Virus record (IMG/VR): IMGVR_UViG_3300010222_000171
Location: 4,817 to 68,816 of that record
Source: a virus
Length of the DNA stretch: 64,000 bases
Direction: 5' to 3' (one strand)
The position numbers and the translations under genes were made by a program. The notes beneath the pieces were generated by a model. The model saw only the letters and a list, made by a program, of their open reading frames with translations, was not told where the DNA came from and did no database searches. Shown in pieces: positions 55,022-62,884 of the stretch; within the stretch, counting starts at the first letter, position 1; every line of letters starts with the position of its first letter.

Positions 55022-55221
55022 CAGAAACACCATACGACTTCATCGATACCGAAGCGAACAGTGACGATGAACAAACCGGCGAGGCGCACCCCATGAGTGG
55101 CCCGGCAGGGGGGCATTACCGGAAGAGAGAAGTACAGCGACGGATCGAAATGCTGGAGGAGGAGGAAGATAACCGAGGCTTCCTCGGTCGTGGATTCCAT
55201 GCATTAAAAAATATGCTGTGA
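55018..55221 (+). CDS. hypothetical protein
   Basis: ATGA overlap; acidic product. Confidence 0.6.
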   Translation: MTETPYDFIDTEANSDDEQTGEAHPMSGPAGGHYRKREVQRRIEMLEEEEDNRGFLGRGFHALKNML

Positions 55222-55222
55222 A

Positions 55223-55246
55223 GACTCATTAAAGCAATCCTGAGTC
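55223..55246 (+). promoter_or_regulatory. dyad promoter motif copy before a leaderless gene
   Basis: GACTCAT-N10-CTGAGTC followed by ATG 55247. Confidence 0.7.
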
Positions 55247-55372
55247 ATGAATGAACCAATTGATTACCTCACATTCGAGGAACGGCGCGAAGTTCGGAAC
55301 GCACAGCGCACCATTGCGGCAATGGTGAATCCAACGATGCAGGATGCGGTCAAACTCGTCAACAATGAGTGA
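55247..55372 (+). CDS. 41-aa microprotein
   Basis: Starts at the promoter motif and overlaps the GHKL gene start. Confidence 0.55.
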   Translation: MNEPIDYLTFEERREVRNAQRTIAAMVNPTMQDAVKLVNNE

Positions 55373-58193
55373 AAAAATACAGAAACTCGCAACGGTCGAA
55401 CAGGACTCAGATATTGTACAAGAAGATGATTGGAGCGAAGCCCCGGTTATCAATAACACTGGGAACGCAACTGTTCGTGACTTCGATGCAGCAAGCGAAG
55501 ATCATCCCCTGGTCCAGTATGCCGGAGAGAAGGCACGGAAGACGGACATCTCCGGTGGTGGAGAGTTCGTTTCCGAAGAAATCTACCAGGGCGACGAAGC
55601 GTTCCCAAGAGAGTGGCTACAGAATCACGAAACGGCCTGCATCCGGCGCTGTAAGATGGTCGTTTCACTAAGTGACGAGTATCCCGACGATTGGCTGACT
55701 CAGACCGTCCTCATGGACCCCGAAACGGGTGAGACGGTCGAAGACCCCGAAGATGTAGATGGCAATGCGGCAGCGATGGAAGTACCCCGCCCAATGAACG
55801 AGATCATCGAGGCTGCCCGAAGCCTCGGCTACGATCCGACGATCACTTGGGACGTGTATCTTGACGAGCGGAAAATCATTACCGAAGACAACGGGATCGG
55901 AATGACTCCCAGGGAATTTTGGGAAGTGTTCAAGTCCCCCTTCAGCTCCGGTTCTGGTGTGGATTCTGAAACTGGGGGGAACTTCGGAATCGGCTCTAAC
56001 TCCGTCGAGAAGGCTCATGGAGAAGACGGTGCTGCGAAGGTCACGACGAAAACCCCCCGGCCCGGAAACCACGAAGGTTATCAGGCATATTCATACCGGG
56101 GAGGGGCAACGGCAATTAATGGCGAAGTCCCTGATGGGTTCCACGGAACCCGTTTCGAGATTCCCGTTCGTGAAGGGTTCGACCTGTCCAAGATGCAGCA
56201 TTGGATAGAAAAGTACACCGACAAGCTCCGCGTTCCGGTGTTGTATCGAGAACACGATGCTGGTTCAACGCCGGTCGAAGAAGAATACGAAGAAACGGTT
56301 TTCGTTAAAGACTTCGATGATCCGCCTATTGTCATCGAACGGCCCGGCGAGTTCAGCTTAGTTGCCGGCCCTGATGTGTGTCCCCGAACCAGCTTCCGTG
56401 AACCGGACAATACTAATACCTATTTGGTGTCAATGGAGATTGACCGAAACACGAAGGCGTCCATCTCGACGATGTACGATGTCGTGATCCAGATTCACGA
56501 CGAACAAGGCCGGATCGTGGCAGGCCCTCATCGGGGCTACCATTCCCATAACGGCAAGGTCTACAAGACAGGACAGAACGAAAAACTACTCGACGATCTC
56601 CACGAAGATGACGTTGTATCGCCACAGCCTACTGGAGATCGTGACAGGCTGAAGAAAACCGACGAAAGCTACGACTTTTTCAATTATATTGAAAAGATCG
56701 TCAAGTCGGAAGAGATCAATCAGGTATCTCATGTTGCGGATCGTATGAAGGATGCTGACCACCCCGGCGATGCGATTCGGGGCGAAAAGGGTGACTGGGA
56801 CCTGTTCAGAAAGACCATTAGTGAGAATGGACCAAGACACGCCACTGACCAAAGGAATAGGTTTGGGAATTTTCTAAATGACAGAGATGAGTTCCCCGAC
56901 TTTACTGATAGTGAAATTGATAAAATGTTTTGCCTGTTCGATGAGTTCGAACACTGCTATCAGGGACCCGGTAGTTCCAATCGGAAACGGGGGAGAGAAG
57001 AAAGGACTATTGGTTATATCTTGTCAAGCCTCGATCCCGACGCGATTTACATGGCCGCTTCTACTGGTGGCAACTTTAGTGATAGGTTCCGGGTTATCGA
57101 AAACACATACGATAACCCCGAAGTGGTCGTCATTAACACCGCCAGCAACTACGACACTTACGCCGAAAACTTCGGCTTCAAAGTGCTAAAAGAAGTCCCA
57201 GTGACCCAACCCGATGAGGGCGAGGACCATGACTACAATGTTACAGATAATATTCACGAACGTCATGTGAATAAGGGAAGTAGCTACCAATCAAAGCCTG
57301 ACAGTGTTCTGGATCGGGCACTGAAAATTAGAAACAGTGCCGATAACACGAGTATCGACCTTCGACTTAGCATTGCTGATGCTCAGGAACGGCTGGAAAA
57401 TTATAGTAGCTTCAGCGGTGCTAATTCAAAGAAACTCGTCCTGTTCCCGAGAACTGCTGACGAGAACATCAGCGACCACTACGGAATGGCAAAGTACGCG
57501 GCCATCGCTTCGGTGAACAAGAAAGAGTACGACCAGTTGGCTCACTATGACAATGTAATGACGTACCAGGAGTTCAAAGAGTGGTCACGGTCGGCGCTGA
57601 TTGCCACTACTGACGGGGTAATGACGCCGAAAAAGCTTGTCGAGGATGATCGGATGGTAGTCCTTCTGTACCGGAGGCGTTGTCGGAGTGGCCCCATCGA
57701 GAAAGATGAAGCTCGGTTCCTAATGGACGAGAAAGAAGACCTTCGGAACCTTTACTTGGAAGATATTCGAGATCAAGTACACTGGGCTGATCATCTCGAC
57801 GGCTACGATGGTGGTTGGGACGGCGACGACCGAGGCAACGTTGACGATGCCGATAAGCCCGATATGTTGTTAGCTGTAGCTGGTCCGAAGGTGCTGCGCC
57901 GTGCACACTGGGCTATCCATCAGTTGGACATATCCCGCCGAAGTATCGAAGGTCTTCGGTTGGGGAGAAATCGTATAAAAGAATTACCGATCACGTGGGG
58001 CACTCTCGATGGGTCCCAAAGTAAGTACAAGCTCATGGTTGACACCCCGAACTGGGACAACGACAGTGAAATTTACGAGATGATCCCGACGAACCGCGAC
58101 AAGTTCAAGGCTCAGATGTATTTGGCATTCCATGACATGGGCATCGATCCATCGAACTACGAGAACGAAGAGCTTCGAGAGATGTGTTCCTAA
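55365..58193 (+). CDS. large GHKL (Hsp90/MORC-like) ATPase protein, rIIA-like
   Basis: REWLQN, EDNGIGM, GNFGIG and GTRF GHKL motifs in the N-terminal third. Confidence 0.85.
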   Translation: MSEKIQKLATVEQDSDIVQEDDWSEAPVINNTGNATVRDFDAASEDHPLVQYAGEKARKTDISGGGEFVSEEIYQGDEAFPREWLQNHETACIRRCKMVVSLSDEYPDDWLTQTVLMDPETGETVEDPEDVDGNAAAMEVPRPMNEIIEAARSLGYDPTITWDVYLDERKIITEDNGIGMTPREFWEVFKSPFSSGSGVDSETGGNFGIGSNSVEKAHGEDGAAKVTTKTPRPGNHEGYQAYSYRGGATAINGEVPDGFHGTRFEIPVREGFDLSKMQHWIEKYTDKLRVPVLYREHDAGSTPVEEEYEETVFVKDFDDPPIVIERPGEFSLVAGPDVCPRTSFREPDNTNTYLVSMEIDRNTKASISTMYDVVIQIHDEQGRIVAGPHRGYHSHNGKVYKTGQNEKLLDDLHEDDVVSPQPTGDRDRLKKTDESYDFFNYIEKIVKSEEINQVSHVADRMKDADHPGDAIRGEKGDWDLFRKTISENGPRHATDQRNRFGNFLNDRDEFPDFTDSEIDKMFCLFDEFEHCYQGPGSSNRKRGREERTIGYILSSLDPDAIYMAASTGGNFSDRFRVIENTYDNPEVVVINTASNYDTYAENFGFKVLKEVPVTQPDEGEDHDYNVTDNIHERHVNKGSSYQSKPDSVLDRALKIRNSADNTSIDLRLSIADAQERLENYSSFSGANSKKLVLFPRTADENISDHYGMAKYAAIASVNKKEYDQLAHYDNVMTYQEFKEWSRSALIATTDGVMTPKKLVEDDRMVVLLYRRRCRSGPIEKDEARFLMDEKEDLRNLYLEDIRDQVHWADHLDGYDGGWDGDDRGNVDDADKPDMLLAVAGPKVLRRAHWAIHQLDISRRSIEGLRLGRNRIKELPITWGTLDGSQSKYKLMVDTPNWDNDSEIYEMIPTNRDKFKAQMYLAFHDMGIDPSNYENEELREMCS

Positions 58194-58217
58194 TGTAACA
58201 GTTCGAAACAATGATCC

Positions 58218-58337
58218 ATGAAAATAGTCTCACTACCACCGGCAACTGATCGGGGACCGAACCCTCACGAACGAATCGATTCTGACAATTACATGGATCT
58301 CACAGAACTGGAGGAAACAGACAATGGAGATACTTGA
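58218..58337 (+). CDS. 39-aa microprotein
   Basis: Short acidic ORF between the GHKL gene and the next gene. Confidence 0.4.
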   Translation: MKIVSLPPATDRGPNPHERIDSDNYMDLTELEETDNGDT

Positions 58338-59007
58338 GGAAAATAACACCAATTTCCTGGTACTGACCGACGACGGAAGTACAACGACGAAAACGAAATC
58401 CAGCAATCTGAACCAGCTACTATTCGGCTATGGCTTGTTCGATCTGCTCCAAGAAGGGAGTGAAATCTGGACACAAGAAACCGATAAGGGGGTGTTGCGG
58501 GTTATCCCTGGTAACGATGCCAGGGAGTACACCATCGATCCACCAAGCGTCCCGAATTTAGTTCTCGGAGCGCACCGTAAGACCGATCTCGTAGATGCGC
58601 TGATGGAAGCCTACGAAGCTGAAGGACGGGTAGACCCACAACCGATCATGAACCTCTACGAAGAAGTTCGTGATGGGATGGTCCGTGAAGAAGTGCTGGA
58701 CCCTTTCCACCCCCTTATCGGTTCCAATGTTTCGGTTCGAGAAAATGGCTGGTTCATCAACGGCCATCTCCTACTGACATACGAAGGCGAGTTCTATCAC
58801 TCCGAACACAAAAGTCGGAATCGATCAGGGTCAGTGATCGGAACCGGAACGTCGAACAAGGCCTACGAACAGGCAGTCTCCGAACCAGATGGCGAAATTT
58901 CTCGGTCGATCACTATTGACGGAGAACAGCGACGGCTCACGAACAGTGAGGTTGAGTTCATCACGAAGGCGCTGTGGGCAGTTGAAAATACTCCAGATCG
59001 GCGGTAA
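58324..59007 (+). CDS. hypothetical protein, possible rIIB-like partner
   Basis: GGAGG ribosome-binding site; lies just downstream of the GHKL gene. Confidence 0.7.
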   Translation: MEILEENNTNFLVLTDDGSTTTKTKSSNLNQLLFGYGLFDLLQEGSEIWTQETDKGVLRVIPGNDAREYTIDPPSVPNLVLGAHRKTDLVDALMEAYEAEGRVDPQPIMNLYEEVRDGMVREEVLDPFHPLIGSNVSVRENGWFINGHLLLTYEGEFYHSEHKSRNRSGSVIGTGTSNKAYEQAVSEPDGEISRSITIDGEQRRLTNSEVEFITKALWAVENTPDRR

Positions 59008-59014
59008 GTCATAA

Positions 59015-59039
59015 GATTTAACTTCTCACATCCCGAGTC
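59015..59039 (+). promoter_or_regulatory. dyad promoter motif copy
   Basis: GATTTAA-N11-CCGAGTC. Confidence 0.65.
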
Positions 59040-59059
59040 TTAGGATGAAAAGGCGGTTT

Positions 59060-59100
59060 TGTCCAAGTCGGCGTAGAGGGTTCGATTCCCTCTTGGACAT
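59060..59100 (+). ncRNA. tRNA-like minihelix (7-bp acceptor-like stem plus 5-bp T arm)
   Basis: TGTCCAA-gtcggcgta-GAGGG-TTCGATT-CCCTC-TTGGACA with perfect pairing. Confidence 0.7.
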
Positions 59101-59146
59101 TTAAGCACCTCTCGCGGTGCAATGATACAAGTAGCGGGACACGACC

Positions 59147-60064
59147 ATGATCTACTACGTAGTAGTTGACCGACACGGGGATGAAATAGCCCGGTACGAA
59201 ACGGAATATGGGGCCGCGAACCACATCAAAGATGTTGGGTTTGGCTCCCATCACCTCCACGTCAAGGAGGTTGAACAGGACGACGAAACAGCCGACGATT
59301 CTCAGACCACCATGAGCAACTACGACTTCATCCAAACCGACGACGAAGAGGACGACAACCAAGACAGCGACAGCTTCCAGTCGCAGACCTTCGACTGGGG
59401 CTACGGCGAACACAGCACGGCATCGGGCGACGATCTCGATGTGTTGGGTGGGCAAATTCGGGCCACGATGGACGAACTCGATGAGGGGGTGGACGGGGAG
59501 ATGGTCGCCGTTCTCGAAGACGCCCAGGAGCTTGTCGGGTCCGTTTCGATCAACGACTTCGAGTGCTCCCACCCTGACTGTGGGCTGAGTCACGGTCACG
59601 GCCCCAACAAGCACGACATTCGGAACAGTGTGAACAGTTCGGGGATCGAGGGCTTCAACATCACTGACGAGTTCGCTGACCAAATGGAGTTCGTTGCGAA
59701 CTGCCACTGTGGAGCAAACGAAGCGGGGATGCTGGTTCAGTTCTTCCACTACTTCAACATCCCAATGTTCTCCGACCAAGAAGAGTTCGAAGGGGTGCTG
59801 GAGATGGACGCCGACGTAGTGACGGACATCTACCGGGAAGTCAACGAGAACGGCGTCTCGGTAGCTGCCGCTGTCGCTCGGGTCGCCGTGCAGCGCAGCG
59901 TAGCCGAATCAGAGATCGCTCCCGCTGGCCTTTGGGAAGACCTGGGGGCGTTCATCGAGCGCCGACAGCACGTTGAGGGAGGCGCAAACAGCGCCCCCAT
60001 CGGTCAGGAAACCCAGTCGGTGATCGATTCCCACCGGGAAGCCATCGAAGCTGTGATCCAGTAG
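59147..60064 (+). CDS. acidic hypothetical protein with Cys/His metal-binding motifs
   Basis: CSHPDCGLSHGH and CHCG. Confidence 0.8.
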   Translation: MIYYVVVDRHGDEIARYETEYGAANHIKDVGFGSHHLHVKEVEQDDETADDSQTTMSNYDFIQTDDEEDDNQDSDSFQSQTFDWGYGEHSTASGDDLDVLGGQIRATMDELDEGVDGEMVAVLEDAQELVGSVSINDFECSHPDCGLSHGHGPNKHDIRNSVNSSGIEGFNITDEFADQMEFVANCHCGANEAGMLVQFFHYFNIPMFSDQEEFEGVLEMDADVVTDIYREVNENGVSVAAAVARVAVQRSVAESEIAPAGLWEDLGAFIERRQHVEGGANSAPIGQETQSVIDSHREAIEAVIQ

Positions 60065-60075
60065 TCGGCGGTAAA

Positions 60076-60099
60076 GACTCGTATTCGTTAGGTTGCGTC
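60076..60099 (+). promoter_or_regulatory. dyad promoter motif copy upstream of hammerhead C
   Basis: GACTCGT-N10-TTGCGTC. Confidence 0.65.
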
Positions 60100-60108
60100 T
60101 TTTGAAGC

Positions 60109-60178
60109 GGGCGAAACGCCGGGGATTCCCGGCGTCGGGAGCGAGATGGTCGCCGTTCCCCTGATGCTGCCCATGACT
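60109..60178 (+). ncRNA. type II hammerhead ribozyme C
   Basis: GGGC GAAA CGCCGGG-gatt-CCCGGCG TC GGGAGCG-loop-CGTTCCC CTGATGC T GCCC. Pseudoknot GGTCG/TGACT. Confidence 0.75.
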
Positions 60179-60211
60179 GCGGTGCGGGCTTGGGATGCAA
60201 CCTAATCACAA

Positions 60212-60361
60212 ATGTGTGCTAACGACACCCCTACGACGGTCGAAACGGACGAAACGGTTGAAGGAAAAAGCTACCCAGAAAAAGTACGGGCACAATATAA
60301 TACGACAGACATGGGTGCTATCATGTCAAGATTCTATGAAGCTGTCAGTTGGAGAGAATAA
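60212..60361 (+). CDS. 49-aa microprotein
   Basis: First ORF after hammerhead C. Confidence 0.5.
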   Translation: MCANDTPTTVETDETVEGKSYPEKVRAQYNTTDMGAIMSRFYEAVSWRE

Positions 60362-60367
60362 ATAACT

Positions 60368-60622
60368 ATGACAGTCTCACATCTTGATATGTTCTACGAG
60401 ACACGGGCTTCGACCCATGTCTCACCATCCGCGCCCTCATCGAGTCCAAACACAGAACTAAATTCCACTCCAACTGCGGCGGAGATACGGTTTGCTGACG
60501 GACCGAACCGCTTCATCGATGCAGAAGGGTTCGAAGCTCCAGATGGAAGCGGATTCGAAGTGGCTCGGTTCTTGATTCAGAGGGCGATGATGGACCCAGA
60601 TGCAGTAGTGGTACCTACCTGA
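60368..60622 (+). CDS. hypothetical protein
   Basis: ORF in the early operon. Confidence 0.6.
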   Translation: MTVSHLDMFYETRASTHVSPSAPSSSPNTELNSTPTAAEIRFADGPNRFIDAEGFEAPDGSGFEVARFLIQRAMMDPDAVVVPT

Positions 60623-60672
60623 TCGGTTCGGTCTTGTCGAGAATAGCGGCTACCCCATTCTGAGGTGAACAA

Positions 60673-61356
60673 ATGACCCCCGAGTTACAACCCTGGATAC
60701 AGAATCACTATCCAGACTACGTTTCGGCGTTGCGTCGAGTGGAAAAGACACGAACATTGTTGCTCTCGGGGAGTCCCGAGAAAGCAGGTGAAATTCTGAG
60801 GAAGGCATACGTTTTCGCCGTTCTCAGTATCAGGACTGGCCTCGAACGCCACGAAAAAGGATTCACCCAGTGGTCTTCGGGTATGGACATCCGAGAAGCT
60901 GCGAAGGAAACGGTCTATCCTAACCAGAAAGCTGACTGGATGGAAGAAACGTTCCGATCAGTCGATTGGAATCAGTTCGGTGAGGCGGTCCAGTGTCACT
61001 TCGAGAAGGGGCGACACGAAACAGTCCTCGATCTCGTTGTTGACAAACTCAAAGGAACTTCTTACCGGAAGGGTGGCTTCGTACTCTCAATGTCCGGTGG
61101 CTACGAGTTCATGTGCATTGATTCGCACGTTGCTGACTTCGCCGGACTGGAGGACCGTACAGGAAATTCCCTCAGCTTCAACTCAGCGGGGGGTTATCTG
61201 AACCAGTGCAGCAAAGTAGTTGCGAAGCTCCCGAACCCGCTGAACCTTCCGCCGTTCCTACTGCAATGGGCAATCTATGATTGGCAGCGAAGCGAACACG
61301 CTCGCCACATGGCTTTCTACCGTGAGGTGCTTCCAGAAATTCTCTTTGAAGGATAA
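60673..61356 (+). CDS. HhH-GPD-like DNA glycosylase family protein
   Basis: GAGGTG ribosome-binding site. KLKGTSYRKGGF hairpin-like motif followed by CIDSHV. Confidence 0.55.
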   Translation: MTPELQPWIQNHYPDYVSALRRVEKTRTLLLSGSPEKAGEILRKAYVFAVLSIRTGLERHEKGFTQWSSGMDIREAAKETVYPNQKADWMEETFRSVDWNQFGEAVQCHFEKGRHETVLDLVVDKLKGTSYRKGGFVLSMSGGYEFMCIDSHVADFAGLEDRTGNSLSFNSAGGYLNQCSKVVAKLPNPLNLPPFLLQWAIYDWQRSEHARHMAFYREVLPEILFEG

Positions 61357-61381
61357 GATTTAAGTTTGCAGAATCCGAGTC
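61357..61381 (+). promoter_or_regulatory. dyad promoter motif copy upstream of hammerhead B
   Basis: GATTTAA-N11-CCGAGTC. Confidence 0.65.
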
Positions 61382-61388
61382 TTAGTAA

Positions 61389-61497
61389 TGGGCGAAAGGC
61401 TGTATCATAATCCTCAACTCTTATTTAAATGAGTTGTGTCCTGTGTTACAGTCTCAGTTCGGGAGTAGCCATCCGAATCCTGAAGATGCCCACGGCT
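61389..61497 (+). ncRNA. type II hammerhead ribozyme B with a 42-nt stem III insert
   Basis: TGGGC GAAA GGCTGTA...TACAGTC TC A-GTTCGG-loop-CCGAAT-C CTGAAGA T GCCCA. Pseudoknot AGCC/GGCT. Confidence 0.8.
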
Positions 61498-61519
61498 CCA
61501 CGGGAAATCAACAATAACT

Positions 61520-61810
61520 ATGACTCAGTACGAAACAACCATTGACGGAACATGGGCAAAAGGCAAGCTAACAATTCGTCCTGGTGAATCCATTCGATTC
61601 GTAGGTAGTGTAACCGGCTCTTTGTTGGACGACACCGAACTTGTGTTCCATGCTGACGGAGAAGGGGCGTACAGGTATGCTAAAGGACAGATGAGCGACC
61701 ATGCTCACGAACAGACACAGGCGCTTATCGTAAAACACGCCGAACAGGCTCTCATAGACCGGGGGTTTGACATCGATCCACGGGTCGCATCGGAGGACTA
61801 CGAGCCATGA
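61520..61810 (+). CDS. hypothetical protein
   Basis: First ORF after hammerhead B. Confidence 0.7.
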   Translation: MTQYETTIDGTWAKGKLTIRPGESIRFVGSVTGSLLDDTELVFHADGEGAYRYAKGQMSDHAHEQTQALIVKHAEQALIDRGFDIDPRVASEDYEP

Positions 61811-61989
61811 CTCAGGAAGGAACGCCCCTTGCATGGGCCTTTGAGTATCGCCCAAAGGTAGATGGCGCTGACTGGCACAAAACGGTCCAGTTCAGCGACC
61901 CAAGAGAAAGCTTCTGCACCATTAACACTATGGAAATTAAAAATCTTCAACCACTGTACGCGGCCAGTGATAAAACGGAGAATGAATAA
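61807..61989 (+). CDS. hypothetical protein
   Basis: ATGA overlap. Confidence 0.6.
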   Translation: MTQEGTPLAWAFEYRPKVDGADWHKTVQFSDPRESFCTINTMEIKNLQPLYAASDKTENE

Positions 61990-62207
61990 TGATGGCGTAC
62001 ATCGAAATTCCACCGATCATCGTAAGCGCCCTCGGTTGGGTTGCTTGGATGCTGTGGGGGTCGTTCCTGTTCCTATATAACATAGATGGTGAGACGGTAA
62101 GCAATGCTATGCTGGCTGCTGGCGGTATTGCTTGCCTGTTCATGGGCACAGTCTTTGCACTGTTCTGGATCAACTGGCGGTACGGTCTCGTGGCGGTGAA
62201 AGCATGA
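61989..62207 (+). CDS. small membrane protein (two TM segments)
   Basis: Two hydrophobic segments. Confidence 0.7.
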   Translation: MMAYIEIPPIIVSALGWVAWMLWGSFLFLYNIDGETVSNAMLAAGGIACLFMGTVFALFWINWRYGLVAVKA

Positions 62208-62401
62208 GTGATAACACGCTAAAGTGCCCTGATTGCGGGCGTCAACTCCACGCTGTAGCTGAAGATGGTGAGTATCAAGGACTCTATAAGTGTTTCAATG
62301 GGCCAAAATATTGGAGAGAGACTGATAAAGGAGAGTTAGAGGATGTCTCTGACGAAAAACGCTCAGTTAACTCGGGCAAGGAGCGTGGTCCCGATGAGTA
62401 A
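62204..62401 (+). CDS. zinc-finger microprotein
   Basis: CPDCG; ATGA overlap. Confidence 0.65.
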   Translation: MSDNTLKCPDCGRQLHAVAEDGEYQGLYKCFNGPKYWRETDKGELEDVSDEKRSVNSGKERGPDE

Positions 62402-62543
62402 CTCAGACGATACCAGCCAGTGTAACACCTGCCGTGGAACTGGAATAATGACGATTGGTGGTCAGTTTTCGTGCTGGTGTCCATCGTGTAAAAATCGGTC
62501 AGTGGGTGAGGACACTGACAACGAAGAGTACCACAAGCCATGA
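62394..62543 (+). CDS. zinc-finger microprotein
   Basis: CNTCRGTG...CWCPSC. Confidence 0.65.
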   Translation: MSNSDDTSQCNTCRGTGIMTIGGQFSCWCPSCKNRSVGEDTDNEEYHKP

Positions 62544-62884
62544 CTGACGACCCCCCGGTGTGCCCCAACTGTGGGACAACAGGAAATGACCTGATAAAAG
62601 ATGGAAGCGGAATGTACTGCACCATCGTAGATTGTCGGGTAATCAAATTCGCGGGAGAGCATGACGAAAGTCAGCAGCCCCGTGATGCCATTGAGGGAAA
62701 AGACAACCAACAGGGCCACCCTCAGCACGTCGTCGGATTCAATGTCAAGCGGTTCTACGAGGACGGCGATAGCGGAGTGGTGCTGGAGTGTCCAAACTTC
62801 CGAAATCACTACCTCACCGACGAGGAAGCCGTAGCCCTCGCAGAGTTTCTGTTGGACGGAGCCAAGGAAGACAATGACAAGTAA
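62540..62884 (+). CDS. zinc-finger-containing hypothetical protein
   Basis: CPNCG...CTIVDC. Confidence 0.7.
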   Translation: MTDDPPVCPNCGTTGNDLIKDGSGMYCTIVDCRVIKFAGEHDESQQPRDAIEGKDNQQGHPQHVVGFNVKRFYEDGDSGVVLECPNFRNHYLTDEEAVALAEFLLDGAKEDNDK

